In this document: one piece after another, positions 10,174 to 19,938 of the stretch | How positions within the stretch are numbered: the stretch's first letter is position 1 | Layout of the letters: every line of letters starts with the position of its first letter | NCBI GenBank assembly: GCA_034670305.1 | Contig: JAXMNT010000023.1 | Span: 47,986-111,985, forward strand | Source: Deltaproteobacteria bacterium | GTDB lineage: Bacteria; Myxococcota_A; Polyangia; Polyangiales; Houyiibacteriaceae | DNA: 64,000 bases | Reading direction: 5' to 3' | Notes under the pieces: generated by a model | The model's database searches: none | What the model saw: only the letters and a program-made list of their open reading frames with translations | Told to the model about the DNA's origin: nothing | Position numbers and translations under genes: made by a program

Positions 10174-10319
10174 GGATGGGACTCCATTGCGGAGGAGTCT
10201 GGGACCAGAGCGTGGCTTTCTCCAGTTCTACGTGGTCTCTACGTGGTCGGCACCGTTCCGATGGGCACGATCAGCGCCGGGCGAAGGTCCAACGGCGGGT
10301 TGACTGGTATCCTTCGCGT

Positions 10320-12557
10320 ATGCGCTTCGCTTCTTCCTGGTTGTTGTGGTCGTCGATTCTCTTGGCTGGCTGTGGATGCGGACCGGAGCCGGGGGATGGG
10401 GGCGAGGGCGATCCCTGCACCGTGGCGTCCGATTGCAACATCGGATTGGCTTGCATCGACGAGACGTGTCGGCGCCGGGACGTGGACGGCGGGCCGAACG
10501 ATGGCGGCGGGGTCGACGCGCTGCGGGCGGACACCGGACCGGTCTGTCCACCGGCGCTTCGGTGCGTGGACGCCTGTTGCACCGAAGCCGAGGAATGCGT
10601 GGAAGGCTCGTGTCTGGCCGCATGCGAGAGCGGGCTGCGCTGCGGACCGGAGTCCACGTGCTGCGCGACCGGTGACTTCTGCATCGACGATGCCTGCGTG
10701 GCGCCGGGCGACGAGTGCACCGATGTGATCGACTGCCCCGCCGACGCGATCTGCGATCCGGGACTTGGACGTTGTCTCCCCCGAAGCAGCGAACGGTGTG
10801 AGTACTTCCCGCCGGCGGGCGTGTTCGAGCCGGCGCAGGAATGGCACTGGTCGGGCAGCGACGTCGAACCAGGGTATGTGCACGTGATGATGACGCCGGT
10901 GGTCGGCGACGTGACCGGCGACGGCGTGCCGGAGGTCGTGTTCATGACCTACGCCGCCGGCAGCAGCTACGGCGGGCGCGGCGTCCTGCGCATCGTACGC
11001 GGCAGCGACGGCACCGAGGTGAACTCGATCGTCGATCCGGTGCTCTGCGGCGACTCGGGTCTCGCGCTCGGCGACCTCGACGGCGACGGCACGCCGGAGA
11101 TCGTGGTCGGTGGTCCTTGCGCCAATGGCCAGATCCACGCGTTCCACGCGGACGGGTCCTTGGTCTGGCGGAGCATGCGACCAGACGACACGCCGTTCCT
11201 CACAACGCTCGACTTCGGCGCGATCTCGATCGCCGACCTCGAGGGCGACGGGCAAGCAGAGGTCGTGCTCGGTGGCACCGTGCTCGAGTCGACCGGTGTG
11301 CTGCGATTCGAAGGGCGCGGCACCGGGTACAACTGCTGCGGCGCCACCCCGCGCGCGATGTTGTCGACGGCCTACGACGTGGCGGGCGACGAAGACTTGG
11401 AGGTCGTGGGCGCCACCGCGGTGTGGAACGCGGACGGCACCCCTCTCTGGGATCTGCCGGCCCTCGAAGAGGGATTCATCGCGGTCGCAGACTTCTTCGA
11501 AGATGGGCTCGCGGACATCGTGGTGGTGCACAACGGGTTCACCTCCATCCGGCGCGCGAACGACGGCATGGTGGTCTGGGGACCGCACGCGCAACCGGGC
11601 GGAGGACGCGGTGGTCCGCCCACGGTCGCCGACTTCGACGGAGACGGGCTGCCCGAGATCGGCGTCGCGGGCGCGGCGAGCTACTCGGTCTTCGATCCAG
11701 ACGGCCACGTGGCCGGCGGTCCCATCGTGCTCTGGTCCCAGGTGACGCAGGACACGAGCTCCAACATCACCGGCTCGAGCGTGTTCGACTTCGACGGGGA
11801 TGGGCGCGCCGAGGTGGTCTACAACGACGAGTGCTACATGCGCATCTACTCAGGCACCGACGGCACGGTGCTCCGCGAGGTCGCGCAGCACTCGCACACC
11901 CTGGTGGAGTACCCCGTGATCGCGGACATCGACGCGGACGGCAACGCGGAGATCGTGTTCGCCGCCAACGCGCTCGTCGCACGCTGCGCGGCGATCCCCG
12001 GCTACCCGGGCAACCTCGCCGGGGTCCGGGCGTTCGGTGACGAACTCGACAACTGGGTCGGCACCCGACCGGTTTGGAACCAGCACACCTACGCCATCAC
12101 CGGCGTGCGGGCCGACCTCTCGATTCCGCCCCGGCCGGTGGTCAACCACACCCGGTTCAACAACTTCCGCCAGAACTCGCAGTCGTTCGACGCACCGAAC
12201 CTGGTGGTCGAACTCGGCGAAGCGGGGACCAGCTGCTCGCCGGAAGAGATCCTGCGCGCCACGGTGACCAACCGCGGTGCGGTGACGGTGGGCGCTGGGC
12301 TCGCGGTCTCCTTCTACGCCGGCACCGTCGCGGCGCCGGGCCGCCTCTTCGGCACCGTGCGCACCACCCGCGCCATCCCGCCTGGCTCGAGTGAAGAAGT
12401 GGAGTTGCGCTTCGATGTGGTCGAAGGCGAGTCCGGGGTCGACCAGCCGTACTTCGTGCGGGTGGACGACGTCGGGGACGGGCGCGGCGAACACAACGAG
12501 TGCCTCGAAGACGACAACGAACACGAAGGCACCTTCCGCTGCAGCGGCCTCGACTGA
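10320..12557 (+). CDS. Cys-rich lipoprotein with FG-GAP/VCBS repeats and a C-terminal CARDB-like domain
   Basis: LLAGC lipobox; Cys-rich N-terminus; repeated DxDGDGxPE motifs; ATVTNRG and NECLEDDN CARDB-type motifs. Confidence 0.8.
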   Translation: MRFASSWLLWSSILLAGCGCGPEPGDGGEGDPCTVASDCNIGLACIDETCRRRDVDGGPNDGGGVDALRADTGPVCPPALRCVDACCTEAEECVEGSCLAACESGLRCGPESTCCATGDFCIDDACVAPGDECTDVIDCPADAICDPGLGRCLPRSSERCEYFPPAGVFEPAQEWHWSGSDVEPGYVHVMMTPVVGDVTGDGVPEVVFMTYAAGSSYGGRGVLRIVRGSDGTEVNSIVDPVLCGDSGLALGDLDGDGTPEIVVGGPCANGQIHAFHADGSLVWRSMRPDDTPFLTTLDFGAISIADLEGDGQAEVVLGGTVLESTGVLRFEGRGTGYNCCGATPRAMLSTAYDVAGDEDLEVVGATAVWNADGTPLWDLPALEEGFIAVADFFEDGLADIVVVHNGFTSIRRANDGMVVWGPHAQPGGGRGGPPTVADFDGDGLPEIGVAGAASYSVFDPDGHVAGGPIVLWSQVTQDTSSNITGSSVFDFDGDGRAEVVYNDECYMRIYSGTDGTVLREVAQHSHTLVEYPVIADIDADGNAEIVFAANALVARCAAIPGYPGNLAGVRAFGDELDNWVGTRPVWNQHTYAITGVRADLSIPPRPVVNHTRFNNFRQNSQSFDAPNLVVELGEAGTSCSPEEILRATVTNRGAVTVGAGLAVSFYAGTVAAPGRLFGTVRTTRAIPPGSSEEVELRFDVVEGESGVDQPYFVRVDDVGDGRGEHNECLEDDNEHEGTFRCSGLD

Positions 12558-12583
12558 ACAGCCGCGAATGAACGGCTACGTAG

Positions 12584-12615
12584 GGCCGCCAGTCTCGCGA
12601 AGCGAGCCAGGCCCG
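12584..12615. repeat. 32-bp REP-like dispersed repeat, copy 2
   Basis: 30/32 identical to 1363-1394; preceded by GTAG; CTCGC-GAA-GCGAG hairpin. Confidence 0.65.
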
Positions 12616-12647
12616 TAGCGTAGAAAAACAGTCTACGATGCCGCGCC

Positions 12648-14663
12648 ATGACGTTGTTCCGTACTTCGATCGCTGCCCTTCCGTTTCTCCTCTCGGCGTG
12701 TGCTGAACCCGCGCCCGTTTGCCCCGAGCCGCCCGCGCCCACCGTGGGCGCCACGGAGGTGGTCGAGGTGGTGCCCGAAGCGCCGCCGGAGGAAGCGCCC
12801 GACAACCGGGTGGTGGTGCTCGACGGAACGCCGGAGGTGCCGGACAGTCTTCATCGGCGGCTGCAGCAGTACTCCAACACGCGCGCCGCTTCGCTCTCCT
12901 CGCTTGCCGCCGATGGGCGTTCGGCGCTCATCGCGACGCGTTTTGGCGAGACGCGGCAGCTCCACCTCGTGACCCAGCCGCTCGGCGCCCGCACCCAGGT
13001 GACCTTCAACGACGAACCGGTGCGCGGGGCTTCGCTCGTGCCCGGTCACCCGACGGACGTGCTCTACATGAGCGACATCGGCGGGTCCGAAGACCATCAG
13101 ATCTTCCGACTCGACCGAAGCACCGGGCAGGCCACGATGTGGACCGACGGTCAGCACAAACATGGGCACATGATCGTGAGTCACGACGGGGCGCAGATCG
13201 CCTACTCCGGCAACGGTCGCAACGGCACCGACATGGACATCCACGTGCGCGCGTACGGACCGGACGCCGAAGCGGTCCGGTTCGATCGCGAGGGCTACTG
13301 GTATCCGCTCGACTTCTCCCGCGACGGCAAGAAGCTGCTCGTCGGGCACTACGTGTCGATCATGGATTCGCGGGTCTGGCTGCTCGACCTCGAGACCCGG
13401 GCGTTCACGCGGCTGACGCCTGAGACGCCGAACGCGTACGAAGACGCGCGCTTCGGCGCGGACGGCCAGACCGTCTACGTCCTCACCGACCGCGATGGTG
13501 AGTTCCGCCAGTTGCACTCGCTCGATTCGAGCGCGCCCACCGAACCGTGGCGGGCGCTGAGCGGGGACATTCCGTGGAACGTGTCGGAGATGTCGCTTTC
13601 CGCGGATGGACGCACCCTCGCGTTCGTCACCAACGAAGATGGGTACGGGGTGCTGCGGCTGCTCGACACCCGAACCCGCCGCAACCGCATCGCGCGCAAC
13701 ATTCCGAAGGGTCTCGTCAGCGGTCTGCATTGGGCCGCGGATGCCCCGGTGCTCGGGTTCACGTTGGCCGGCGCCACCGAGACCGGCGACGTCTACACCT
13801 ACGACGCGCGGCGCAGTCGGCTCACCCGCTGGACCGCGAGCGAAGTCGGCGGGCTCGACACCAGCCACCTCGTCGAACCGGAGCTCATCCGCTACCCGAC
13901 CTTCGACGACCGTGAGATCCCAGCGTTCTACTACGCGCCGGAGCGCGCCAGCGCCGACGCACCCGTTCCGGTGCTGCTCTACATTCACGGCGGCCCCGAG
14001 TCGCAAGCGCGACCTTGGTTCAGCCCGCTCACCCAGTTCCTCGCGGTGGAACGCGGCGTCGCCGTGATCGCACCGAACGTGCGCGGCAGCGATGGGTACG
14101 GCCGCAGTTACCTCGGCCTCGACAACGGGGCGAAGCGGGAAGACTCCGTACGCGACATCGGCGCGTTGCTCGACTGGGTCGCGTCGCGCCCCGAACTCGA
14201 TCAGAACCGCGTGGCGGTCTACGGCGGCTCGTACGGCGGCTACATGGTGCTCGCGTCGCTCGTGCACTACGGCGAACGGCTCCGCGCGGGCATCGACGTG
14301 GTCGGCATCAGCAACTTCGTGACGTTCCTCGAGAACACCCGCGACTACCGCCGGGACCTGCGCCGGCAAGAGTATGGCGACGAACGCGATCCCGAGATGC
14401 GCGCGCACCTCGAACAGATCTCCCCGCTGCACCACGTGTCGGAGATCCAAAGCGCGCTCTTCGTCGCGCAAGGTGCGAACGACCCCCGGGTGCCGGCGTC
14501 CGAAGCGGAGCAGATCGTGGCCGCGGTGCGCGCGAGCGGGCGCGACGTCTGGTACATGCTCGCGCGCAACGAAGGCCATGGGTTTCGCCGCAAGGAGAAC
14601 CGCGACGTCTTCTTCGAACTCAGCGTGCTCTTTCTCGACCGGCACCTGGCCGCCGCGCCGTGA
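12648..14663 (+). CDS. S9 family prolyl oligopeptidase/acylaminoacyl peptidase, lipoprotein
   Basis: LSAC lipobox, beta-propeller region, IHGGPE, GGSYGG nucleophile, GANDPRVP, NEGHGF. Confidence 0.92.
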   Translation: MTLFRTSIAALPFLLSACAEPAPVCPEPPAPTVGATEVVEVVPEAPPEEAPDNRVVVLDGTPEVPDSLHRRLQQYSNTRAASLSSLAADGRSALIATRFGETRQLHLVTQPLGARTQVTFNDEPVRGASLVPGHPTDVLYMSDIGGSEDHQIFRLDRSTGQATMWTDGQHKHGHMIVSHDGAQIAYSGNGRNGTDMDIHVRAYGPDAEAVRFDREGYWYPLDFSRDGKKLLVGHYVSIMDSRVWLLDLETRAFTRLTPETPNAYEDARFGADGQTVYVLTDRDGEFRQLHSLDSSAPTEPWRALSGDIPWNVSEMSLSADGRTLAFVTNEDGYGVLRLLDTRTRRNRIARNIPKGLVSGLHWAADAPVLGFTLAGATETGDVYTYDARRSRLTRWTASEVGGLDTSHLVEPELIRYPTFDDREIPAFYYAPERASADAPVPVLLYIHGGPESQARPWFSPLTQFLAVERGVAVIAPNVRGSDGYGRSYLGLDNGAKREDSVRDIGALLDWVASRPELDQNRVAVYGGSYGGYMVLASLVHYGERLRAGIDVVGISNFVTFLENTRDYRRDLRRQEYGDERDPEMRAHLEQISPLHHVSEIQSALFVAQGANDPRVPASEAEQIVAAVRASGRDVWYMLARNEGHGFRRKENRDVFFELSVLFLDRHLAAAP

Positions 14664-14680
14664 GGTCGATCGGTCGTCTC

Positions 14681-15898
14681 GTGCACGACGGGTTCGCGCG
14701 CAGAGGTTTCGTGCACGACGGGGTCGCACGCAGCGCACGCGTGTCGCTCGGGTGGGCACTGCTCCTGTGCGCCGCATGTACGTGTGGGGGCGACCCGGAG
14801 GTCGACCCCACCGAAGACGACCGCGTCGAAGACCTGGAGGCGTGGACCGCGGCGGATCTGTTCCCCCTCGGCCTGGGCGATCGGTGGGGGTACCGACAGA
14901 CCGGTGGGCCCGAAGAGACGTCCGTGCGCCGGAGCATCACCGGCATCGACGACGGGGTGGCGGTGCGGTTTGGATCCGACCACACCCAGGCGTCGCGGTT
15001 TCGCGCCGAGGTCGATGGCAGCGTGCTCATGGTGTCGCCATCGGGAGAAGCGCTCGGCGTGTGGCTCGCCGCGCCGGTCGAGCTCGGCAGTCAGTGGACC
15101 TACGAACTCGGCGACACCTCGTGCCGGGTTCGCTACGCAGCGGTGGGAGAGACGTTCGAAGTGGCGGGGGTGCGGTTCGAGGGCTGCGTCGAAGTCGAGC
15201 GGGCGTGTCGTTTCCCCGAGGGCAAACCGATGCCGGTGGAGGCGATCGAAACCGTGCGTGAGTTGTATTGCGTCGGGGTCGGGCTCATGCGCGAGCGCAG
15301 CGAGTGGACACCGGCCGAGGAAGGGCACGCGGCTGCGCTGGAGGGTTTCGTGCCGACGGCCCTGACGCTCGACTACTACCGAGTCGCAGGTGCGCCGGCG
15401 CCGCCCTTGCCGGAGACGCTCGCCTGCGAAGACATCCTGCTGCTCGAGAGCGACGTGCGGGCCGCCTGCGGCGCGTCGTTCCACGAGACGCAACGAGCCC
15501 GCGTCGATGGGGCTTGCCGATTCCGTTTCGAGGCCGGGCCCGATGCGGCGGTGTTGGCGGATCAGACCGCGGTCGACATCGAGGTCCGACAAGCGGACGT
15601 GCCGTACGGGGAAGCCGCGCTCGACGCACTCATCGGCGATGGCCGCCGGATCGAGACCCGGGGTCAAGTGCGCGTGGCGTCGGCCGAGGTCGCCACCGGT
15701 GCGTTCGTCGAACCTACGCCGCCCGGTCCCGAAGCCGCGGCCGACCGGATCGAGTACCGCAATCAGGAGACGGCCCCGCTCGCATTCGCGTTCGCAGAAG
15801 GCAAGATCGCCGTCGTCGTTCGGGTCGAGAACCAAGGCTGCAGCTTCGACCACGTCCGCCGCCTCGAAGGCCTCTTCCGCTCGTTGTTCCGCCAATAG
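14681..15898 (+). CDS. Hypothetical lipoprotein
   Basis: Signal-like LLLCAACTC, LFPLGLGDRWGY, acidic globular sequence; start uncertain. Confidence 0.6.
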   Translation: MHDGFARRGFVHDGVARSARVSLGWALLLCAACTCGGDPEVDPTEDDRVEDLEAWTAADLFPLGLGDRWGYRQTGGPEETSVRRSITGIDDGVAVRFGSDHTQASRFRAEVDGSVLMVSPSGEALGVWLAAPVELGSQWTYELGDTSCRVRYAAVGETFEVAGVRFEGCVEVERACRFPEGKPMPVEAIETVRELYCVGVGLMRERSEWTPAEEGHAAALEGFVPTALTLDYYRVAGAPAPPLPETLACEDILLLESDVRAACGASFHETQRARVDGACRFRFEAGPDAAVLADQTAVDIEVRQADVPYGEAALDALIGDGRRIETRGQVRVASAEVATGAFVEPTPPGPEAAADRIEYRNQETAPLAFAFAEGKIAVVVRVENQGCSFDHVRRLEGLFRSLFRQ

Positions 15899-16170
15899 CG
15901 CGACGCGTTCGCTGCCCGCTTGGCGAAGAACTCGTCGGAACGCGCCTGAATCGCAGCGGGCCTCCGCGAGCGCCGGACTGGTTCGGCGATCGCCGAAGCC
16001 GAACCCCGAGGGGGCACGGGCAAGGGCACGGGCACGGGCAGCTGAGATGGGCATCGCTGGGCGTGGTTCGAAATGAATAAGTCCGGCAGGTGGTGCGTCC
16101 GGCGATGTCTCGCCGTATCCTCGCGTTTCACCGACGGTCCGCCGTCCCTGCTCCTGCCAGAGAGAACATC

Positions 16171-17313
16171 ATGACGAAGTCCGTCGTCTTCACGGCCGTG
16201 CTGGCCGCCCTCGCCCTTCCCTCGTTTGCCTCCGCTCAGCTCCAGATCGGCGGGCAACAGTCGAACTACGGCGGGACCTACATGCAGCGCGGCACCCCCG
16301 ATCCAATGGTCGTGGCGGTGGTCTCCGGGGGCGCGATCAACGCGTCCAACGCAGTGCGCGTCTCCGGCTGTCGCGGGTTCGTCAGCCGGGCGCCGGACCA
16401 CATCGTGACGTTGCCGAACCCGCGGCGGTTCCTCCGCTTCTTCGCCGAGTCGGCGGGCGACACCACGCTCATCATCAACGACCCGAACGGCAACTGGTAT
16501 TGCAACGACGACGCGGTCGGACGAAACCCGATGATCGACTTTCGCCGCGCGCCGGCCGGCCAGTACGACGTCTGGGTGGGCAGCTACAGCCCGCGCCAGA
16601 ACCAGCACGCGAACCTGGTGGTGACCCAGCGGCGCAACGTGCAGCCCGGCCAACAGCAGGTCGCGGTCCAGCAGCGGCCCCCGCAGTACCAGCAACCCCC
16701 GCAGTACCCGCAGGGCAATGTGCAGGTCACGGTGCAAGGCCAGGGCGGCTACGTGCAGGGTGGGGTGGCAGTCCAGCCCCAGTACGGACAGCCCCAGTAC
16801 GGGCAGCCCCAGTACGGGCAGCCCCAGTACGGGCAGCCCCAGTACGGGCAGCCCCAACCCCAGTACGGCGGCTACGACTTCCACGGGCAGTTCGAACAGA
16901 CCCCGGTCAACTTCAGCGGCGCCACCATCGACGCCGTCTACCAGCAGTGCATCCAGTTCACCGCCTCGGCGCGTCTGACGATGGTCGACGACGTGGTCGT
17001 CAACGGCGTCGCGGCCCGCAACGGCCCCGGCTACTGGGACAACGCCGCCCTCTGCGCGATCGTGGCGCTCAACGTCACGCCGCGTGGACAGACGCACGCC
17101 CACGTGAGTGGAAGCGTGGAGGGCCTGCCCTTCAACGTGGCGGGCGACATGCATACCGTGCAGCGCATCCTGACGACCTTCCTGCCCATCGCCGTCGCAC
17201 ACGACAACACGATCGACGACATCGTCATCAACGGTCAGGCGTTCCACAATGGGCCGGGCTACTGGACCGGCGCAGACGTGGCCGCGATGGCCGCCGCCCA
17301 GATTCACCACTAG
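16171..17313 (+). CDS. Secreted protein: PPC-like domain, QPQYG repeat linker, duplicated C-terminal NGPGYW module
   Basis: Signal peptide ending ASA-Q; GDTTLIINDPNGNWYCNDD...GQYDVWVG; Gln/Pro/Tyr repeats. Confidence 0.7.
   Translation: MTKSVVFTAVLAALALPSFASAQLQIGGQQSNYGGTYMQRGTPDPMVVAVVSGGAINASNAVRVSGCRGFVSRAPDHIVTLPNPRRFLRFFAESAGDTTLIINDPNGNWYCNDDAVGRNPMIDFRRAPAGQYDVWVGSYSPRQNQHANLVVTQRRNVQPGQQQVAVQQRPPQYQQPPQYPQGNVQVTVQGQGGYVQGGVAVQPQYGQPQYGQPQYGQPQYGQPQYGQPQPQYGGYDFHGQFEQTPVNFSGATIDAVYQQCIQFTASARLTMVDDVVVNGVAARNGPGYWDNAALCAIVALNVTPRGQTHAHVSGSVEGLPFNVAGDMHTVQRILTTFLPIAVAHDNTIDDIVINGQAFHNGPGYWTGADVAAMAAAQIHH
16774..16866 (+). repeat. Coding 15-bp tandem repeat (CAGCCCCAGTACGGG; QPQYG x5-6)
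   Basis: Read directly from the sequence. Confidence 0.9.
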
Positions 17314-17420
17314 CCGAACCGCTGAGCCGGCCCACGGTGGTCGGCCCACGACACTTCTTTTTCGACCGACCTGTCGAGAACCGGCCCTGCCGTTCGACTC
17401 CTCTGTGAAATGGAGGCGTC

Positions 17421-17867
17421 ATGGACGTTCACAACCCGGTATTTCAGCTCTACATCGGCTCGGTTCTGCTGCTCGGACTCAACCTGCTCTGGCTCGCGGT
17501 CGGCACTGCCGCGTCCCGCGCCACGCGCGACGAAGCGGTGAACCCGGAGGATGTCCGGATGAACAGCAAAGCCAGCATCGTGTTCCTCGCAGGCAACGAA
17601 GTCACCCAGCGCTACCGCCGGGCGCACTTCAACGCGCTCGAGAACAACCTGCTCTTCTTGGTCACCGCGTTCCTGCTGACCTTGACGCCCGTCGGCACGA
17701 CCGCCGTCGCGGTGCTCTTCGGCATCTTCGTCGGGTTCCGCTGGCTGCACAGCATCGCGTACGTCCGGTCCGTTCAGCCCCTGCGGACCGTGAGCTTCGC
17801 CATCGCGTTCTTCTCACAGGTCGGCGTGCTTGGCCTGCTCGGCTACAGCGTCTTCGCGGGGGCGTAG
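17421..17867 (+). CDS. MAPEG family membrane protein
   Basis: GGAGG RBS; NPED, RYRRAHFNALEN and RWLHSIAY motifs. Confidence 0.9.
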   Translation: MDVHNPVFQLYIGSVLLLGLNLLWLAVGTAASRATRDEAVNPEDVRMNSKASIVFLAGNEVTQRYRRAHFNALENNLLFLVTAFLLTLTPVGTTAVAVLFGIFVGFRWLHSIAYVRSVQPLRTVSFAIAFFSQVGVLGLLGYSVFAGA

Positions 17868-17870
17868 CGG

Positions 17871-18773
17871 CTACGAGAGATAACGTTCGCCGCCGTCGCA
17901 GAGGATCGTGACCACACGGCCTCCGTCGAGCCGGCGGGCGACCTCGAGGGCGGCATGCACGTTGGCCCCACTCGACGGACCGACGAGCAGCCCTTCTTCG
18001 CGCGCGAGTCGCCGCATCATCTTGTCGGCGGCCAGGTCGGTCACGGTGACGACGTCGTCGACGAGATCGAGGTCGAGCACGGGCGGCACGAAGCCGGCAC
18101 CGAGACCCTGGATGCCATGCAGTCCCGGGTTGCCGCCGCTCAGCACGGCGCTCGCCCGCGGCTCGACCGCCACGATGCGCACCGCGGGAAGCCGCGCCTT
18201 GAGCACCTTGGCGACGCCGCTGATCGTGCCGCCGGTACCCACCCCGGCGACAAACGCGCTGATCTCGCCCCCGGTCGCTTCCCAGATCTCTTCGGCGGTG
18301 CCTTCTTCGTGGGCACGCGGGTTGGCGGCGTTCTCGAACTGCGCGGGCATGAAGGCGCCGCGCTTCTTCACGATCGCCTCGGCGGTCTCCACCGCGCCGG
18401 CCATGCCTTCTTTGGCATCGGTCAGGACGACTTCGGCGCCGTAGCTCTTGAGCATGTCGCGCCGTGCCTGGCTCATGTCCTCGGGCATGACGATGACGCA
18501 GGTGTACCCGCGCACTGCGCAGATCATCGCGAGGCTGATGCCGGTGTTGCCGCTCGTGGCCTCCACCACCGTCGCGCCCTCTTTCAAATGCCCTGCGGCT
18601 TCCGCCGCGAGGATCATGGCGAGCGCGGGGCGGTCTTTCACCGAACCGGCGGGGTTGCGGGCTTCGAACTTGGCGAGCACGTCGGCGCCGCCCTTGGGCG
18701 AGAGTTTGGGGAGCCGGAGAAGGGGTGTTCCACCGACCAGATCGAGCACGCCCTCATGAATTCGATGGGTCAC
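17871..18773 (-). CDS. cysK: Cysteine synthase A (O-acetylserine sulfhydrylase)
   Basis: NPAGSVKDR PLP lysine, EATSGNTG, GVGTGGT, HGIQGLGAGF, GERYLS. Confidence 0.93.
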   Translation of the reverse strand: MTHRIHEGVLDLVGGTPLLRLPKLSPKGGADVLAKFEARNPAGSVKDRPALAMILAAEAAGHLKEGATVVEATSGNTGISLAMICAVRGYTCVIVMPEDMSQARRDMLKSYGAEVVLTDAKEGMAGAVETAEAIVKKRGAFMPAQFENAANPRAHEEGTAEEIWEATGGEISAFVAGVGTGGTISGVAKVLKARLPAVRIVAVEPRASAVLSGGNPGLHGIQGLGAGFVPPVLDLDLVDDVVTVTDLAADKMMRRLAREEGLLVGPSSGANVHAALEVARRLDGGRVVTILCDGGERYLS

Positions 18774-18818
18774 GCCCGGAGCATAGGGCAAACCGGCACG
18801 GCGGCCTCATCGATTTCG

Positions 18819-18840
18819 TTTGGGGGCACGGCCCCAAACC
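18819..18840. repeat. Degenerate intergenic copy of the GGGGGCAC palindromic repeat core
   Basis: TTTGGGGGCACGGCCCCAAACC resembles the core at 5828-5850. Confidence 0.5.
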
Positions 18841-18884
18841 TGGTGCACCCGAACGCGCCTCGGTCCGCTTCGTCGCTCTACTCG

Positions 18885-19736
18885 TCAGGGCTGGGCCGGC
18901 AAACCACACCACTCGAGGCTGCGTTGCCAGAGCTCGTCCGCCAACGCCGGGTCGAGTGCCTGCGGCGACGGTTCCATCGTCTTGCATTTGTCGTAGTAGA
19001 GCCCCGACTCGGCGCCCGCTTGGGCGTCGGTCGCGCAGTGCAGCGTGGTCTTGGCTCCGTCTTCGTTGCTGATCATGAACAGCTTCATGATCGAACGGAA
19101 CGGCCACGGCACGTGCCGCCAGACATCGCTCGCGACGACCCCGGGGTGCAGCGCGTAGGTGGTCACGCCGCTGCCTTCGAGCAGCCGCGAGAGCTTCTTG
19201 GCGTGCAGCACGTTGCTCAGCTTGCTCACGGCGTACTCCGGCAGCCCGGTGGTGCTGGCGGTCTTCTGCTGGAGCTTGTCGAACTCGATGCCCTTGGCCT
19301 GGTAGTGCGCCTTGCTCGCGACGATCACGATGCGCGCGGGGGCCGACTCCACGAGTCGCGGTCGCAGCAGCTCGGTGAACAGGAAGTGCGCGAGGTGGTT
19401 CACGCCGAACGCGATCTCGAACCCGTCGGAGGTGCGGTCGCGGGTGCCTGCCAGACCGGCGTTGTTCACCAGCACGTGGATCTTCGGTTCTTCCGCCAAG
19501 AGGGTCTCGGCGCTCTCGCGGACAGCGGCCAGCGAGCCCAGGTCGAGCTTGTGGAACGACACGTCTGCGTCCGGAACCGCGGCGCGGATCTCCTCCGCGG
19601 CCGCATCGGCCTTGTCCTGTGACCGGCACGCCAGCCGGACCCGAGCGCCTTGGCTGGCCAGCACCTGGGCGGTGACCTTGCCGATCCCTGTGTTCGCGCC
19701 GGTGACGACGCACGTCTTTCCCCTCATCGATTCCAT
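18885..19736 (-). CDS. Short-chain dehydrogenase/reductase (retinol dehydrogenase-like)
   Basis: TGANTGIG, NNAG, VNHLAHF, YAVSK, LHPGVV. Confidence 0.92.
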   Translation of the reverse strand: MESMRGKTCVVTGANTGIGKVTAQVLASQGARVRLACRSQDKADAAAEEIRAAVPDADVSFHKLDLGSLAAVRESAETLLAEEPKIHVLVNNAGLAGTRDRTSDGFEIAFGVNHLAHFLFTELLRPRLVESAPARIVIVASKAHYQAKGIEFDKLQQKTASTTGLPEYAVSKLSNVLHAKKLSRLLEGSGVTTYALHPGVVASDVWRHVPWPFRSIMKLFMISNEDGAKTTLHCATDAQAGAESGLYYDKCKTMEPSPQALDPALADELWQRSLEWCGLPAQP

Positions 19737-19938
19737 GGTGCCCTCTGTCGCGGAAGTCGGCGGAGCGTAACGGTCAACCGCCGATCGCGCGCGCTCTCAA
19801 TGCATTCAGGTGTTGGCGCTGTCGAAAACCCAGCGTTTGCCCGCCCCATGCGCGCGCGTCGGTCAAAATGAGGGTCGGTCCTGTCGAAACGCAGGGGTCG
19901 GCTTGAATGAACCCCCCCTTTCGTGTCGTCCTAGCCCC

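Noticed and set aside
16774-16866. Tandem repeats (also ~27790-27870 and 56410-56490) as CRISPR arrays
   Set aside because: 15-bp head-to-tail units with no spacers, in frame within proteins
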